Part shown: positions 63,353 through 64,000 of the stretch, in pieces
How the letters are laid out: each line of letters starts with the position of its first letter
How positions within the stretch are numbered: the first letter of the stretch is position 1
NCBI GenBank assembly: GCA_963723515.1
Contig: CAVRQT010000003.1
Location: 320,001 to 384,000 of the forward strand
Source: Vulcanimicrobiota bacterium
GTDB lineage: Bacteria; Vulcanimicrobiota; Vulcanimicrobiia; Vulcanimicrobiales; Vulcanimicrobiaceae
Direction: 5' to 3'
DNA: 64,000 nucleotides
Position numbers and translations under genes: made by a program
The notes under the pieces: model-generated
Seen by the model: the letters and a program-made list of their open reading frames with translations, nothing else
The model's database searches: none
What the model was told of the DNA's origin: nothing

Positions 63353-63691
63353 TTAGCAATCGTAATAGATGCAGATGGTTTCACCAGTGTCATCATCCAC
63401 ATAGCACTCTGCGCAGACGTCACCATTCTTTATCGGTGCACTGAGAGCAAGTGAGCCGCTCGCCGTGAGATGGTGCACGCCGCTTCGCGGTCTAACCGCG
63501 ACGATTTTGCCGTGTCTAACTATGACTGTGTAGCTGGCGTTGGCGGCCTTCACGATGTTCGCGCCTTCATGTAGCTTCGCGTGAATTTTGACGGCGTTCT
63601 TCGATGACGTAGCGGGGACTGCCGAAAACGCTGCCGGGCTCAACGAAGCAACGAATGCGAGCCCAATAAGGACTGAAGAAATTCGTTTCAA
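63353..63691 (-). CDS. Small secreted protein with acidic Cys-rich C-terminus
   Basis: GGAGGT RBS, TTG start, signal peptide, ends VCAECYVDDDTGETICIYYDC. Confidence 0.72.
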   Translation of the reverse strand: MKRISSVLIGLAFVASLSPAAFSAVPATSSKNAVKIHAKLHEGANIVKAANASYTVIVRHGKIVAVRPRSGVHHLTASGSLALSAPIKNGDVCAECYVDDDTGETICIYYDC

Positions 63692-63771
63692 GAACGACCT
63701 CCAATACGGAGAGATGTGTGCTGCTGCCGTCACACTCCCTTTTCGGCCCCGGATTTCCTGCGCTGTGTTGC

Positions 63772-64000
63772 TCAAGCGCACAGCTCGAGGTGAGAAAATA
63801 ACTCGGGACGCTTTATGTACAGCTCGGCGGCAGAGCGCAGTGTCTTGACGCGGTCGGTGTGCCATTCGCGCTCCAGTTTTGGCATCGCATCTCGGTAAGG
63901 GAAGTCGCGCAGGAACTCGGGTCTAACAAGCAATGCGCGGACTTTTCGTTGCCGTACCTCGCCGACGGGCTCACAGGTCAGGAAGATCGCATAGAGAGTG
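63772..64000 (-). CDS. Hypothetical protein, C-terminal fragment (5' end outside window)
   Basis: Open frame from the window edge: TLYAIFLTCEPVGEVRQRKV...ELFSHLELCA*. Confidence 0.5.
   Translation of the reverse strand, partial: TLYAIFLTCEPVGEVRQRKVRALLVRPEFLRDFPYRDAMPKLEREWHTDRVKTLRSAAELYIKRPELFSHLELCA

Overview
GC-rich (~60%) bacterial chromosomal window. The gene content suggests a diderm soil bacterium, possibly Ca. Eremiobacterota/Vulcanimicrobiota (an impression, not tested). Housekeeping genes: tdh-kbl, add, DinG-family helicase, acs, hrcA-dnaJ-rsmE, accDA, ppx, etfBA, hldD, ymdB-spoVS, ahcY-metK. Metal and metalloid modules: an ars operon, a DtxR-family regulator, a multicopper oxidase-ZIP fusion behind a DtxR-type box, a Zn/Mn ABC transporter and copCD. 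The window ends in an island of secreted proteins and proteases. The most notable structure is not shown by the ORF track: (1) two tRNA genes split by group I introns, tRNA-fMet (with an I-Ssp6803I-like PD-(D/E)XK homing endonuclease) and tRNA-Leu(UAA) (ORF-less); (2) a ~1 kb integrase-free HNH cassette bounded by a 22-bp duplication of the tRNA-Leu 3' end; (3) a REP-like family with a covarying hairpin stem at six loci, including a ~960-bp mosaic array and a locus where inverted REPs bracket a garbled, palindromic GIY-YIG-like sequence; (4) a recoded duplicate of the kbl 3' end flanking a decayed transporter gene. At least 12 genes carry single-base frameshifts, most likely long-read consensus errors, so pseudogene calls are provisional.
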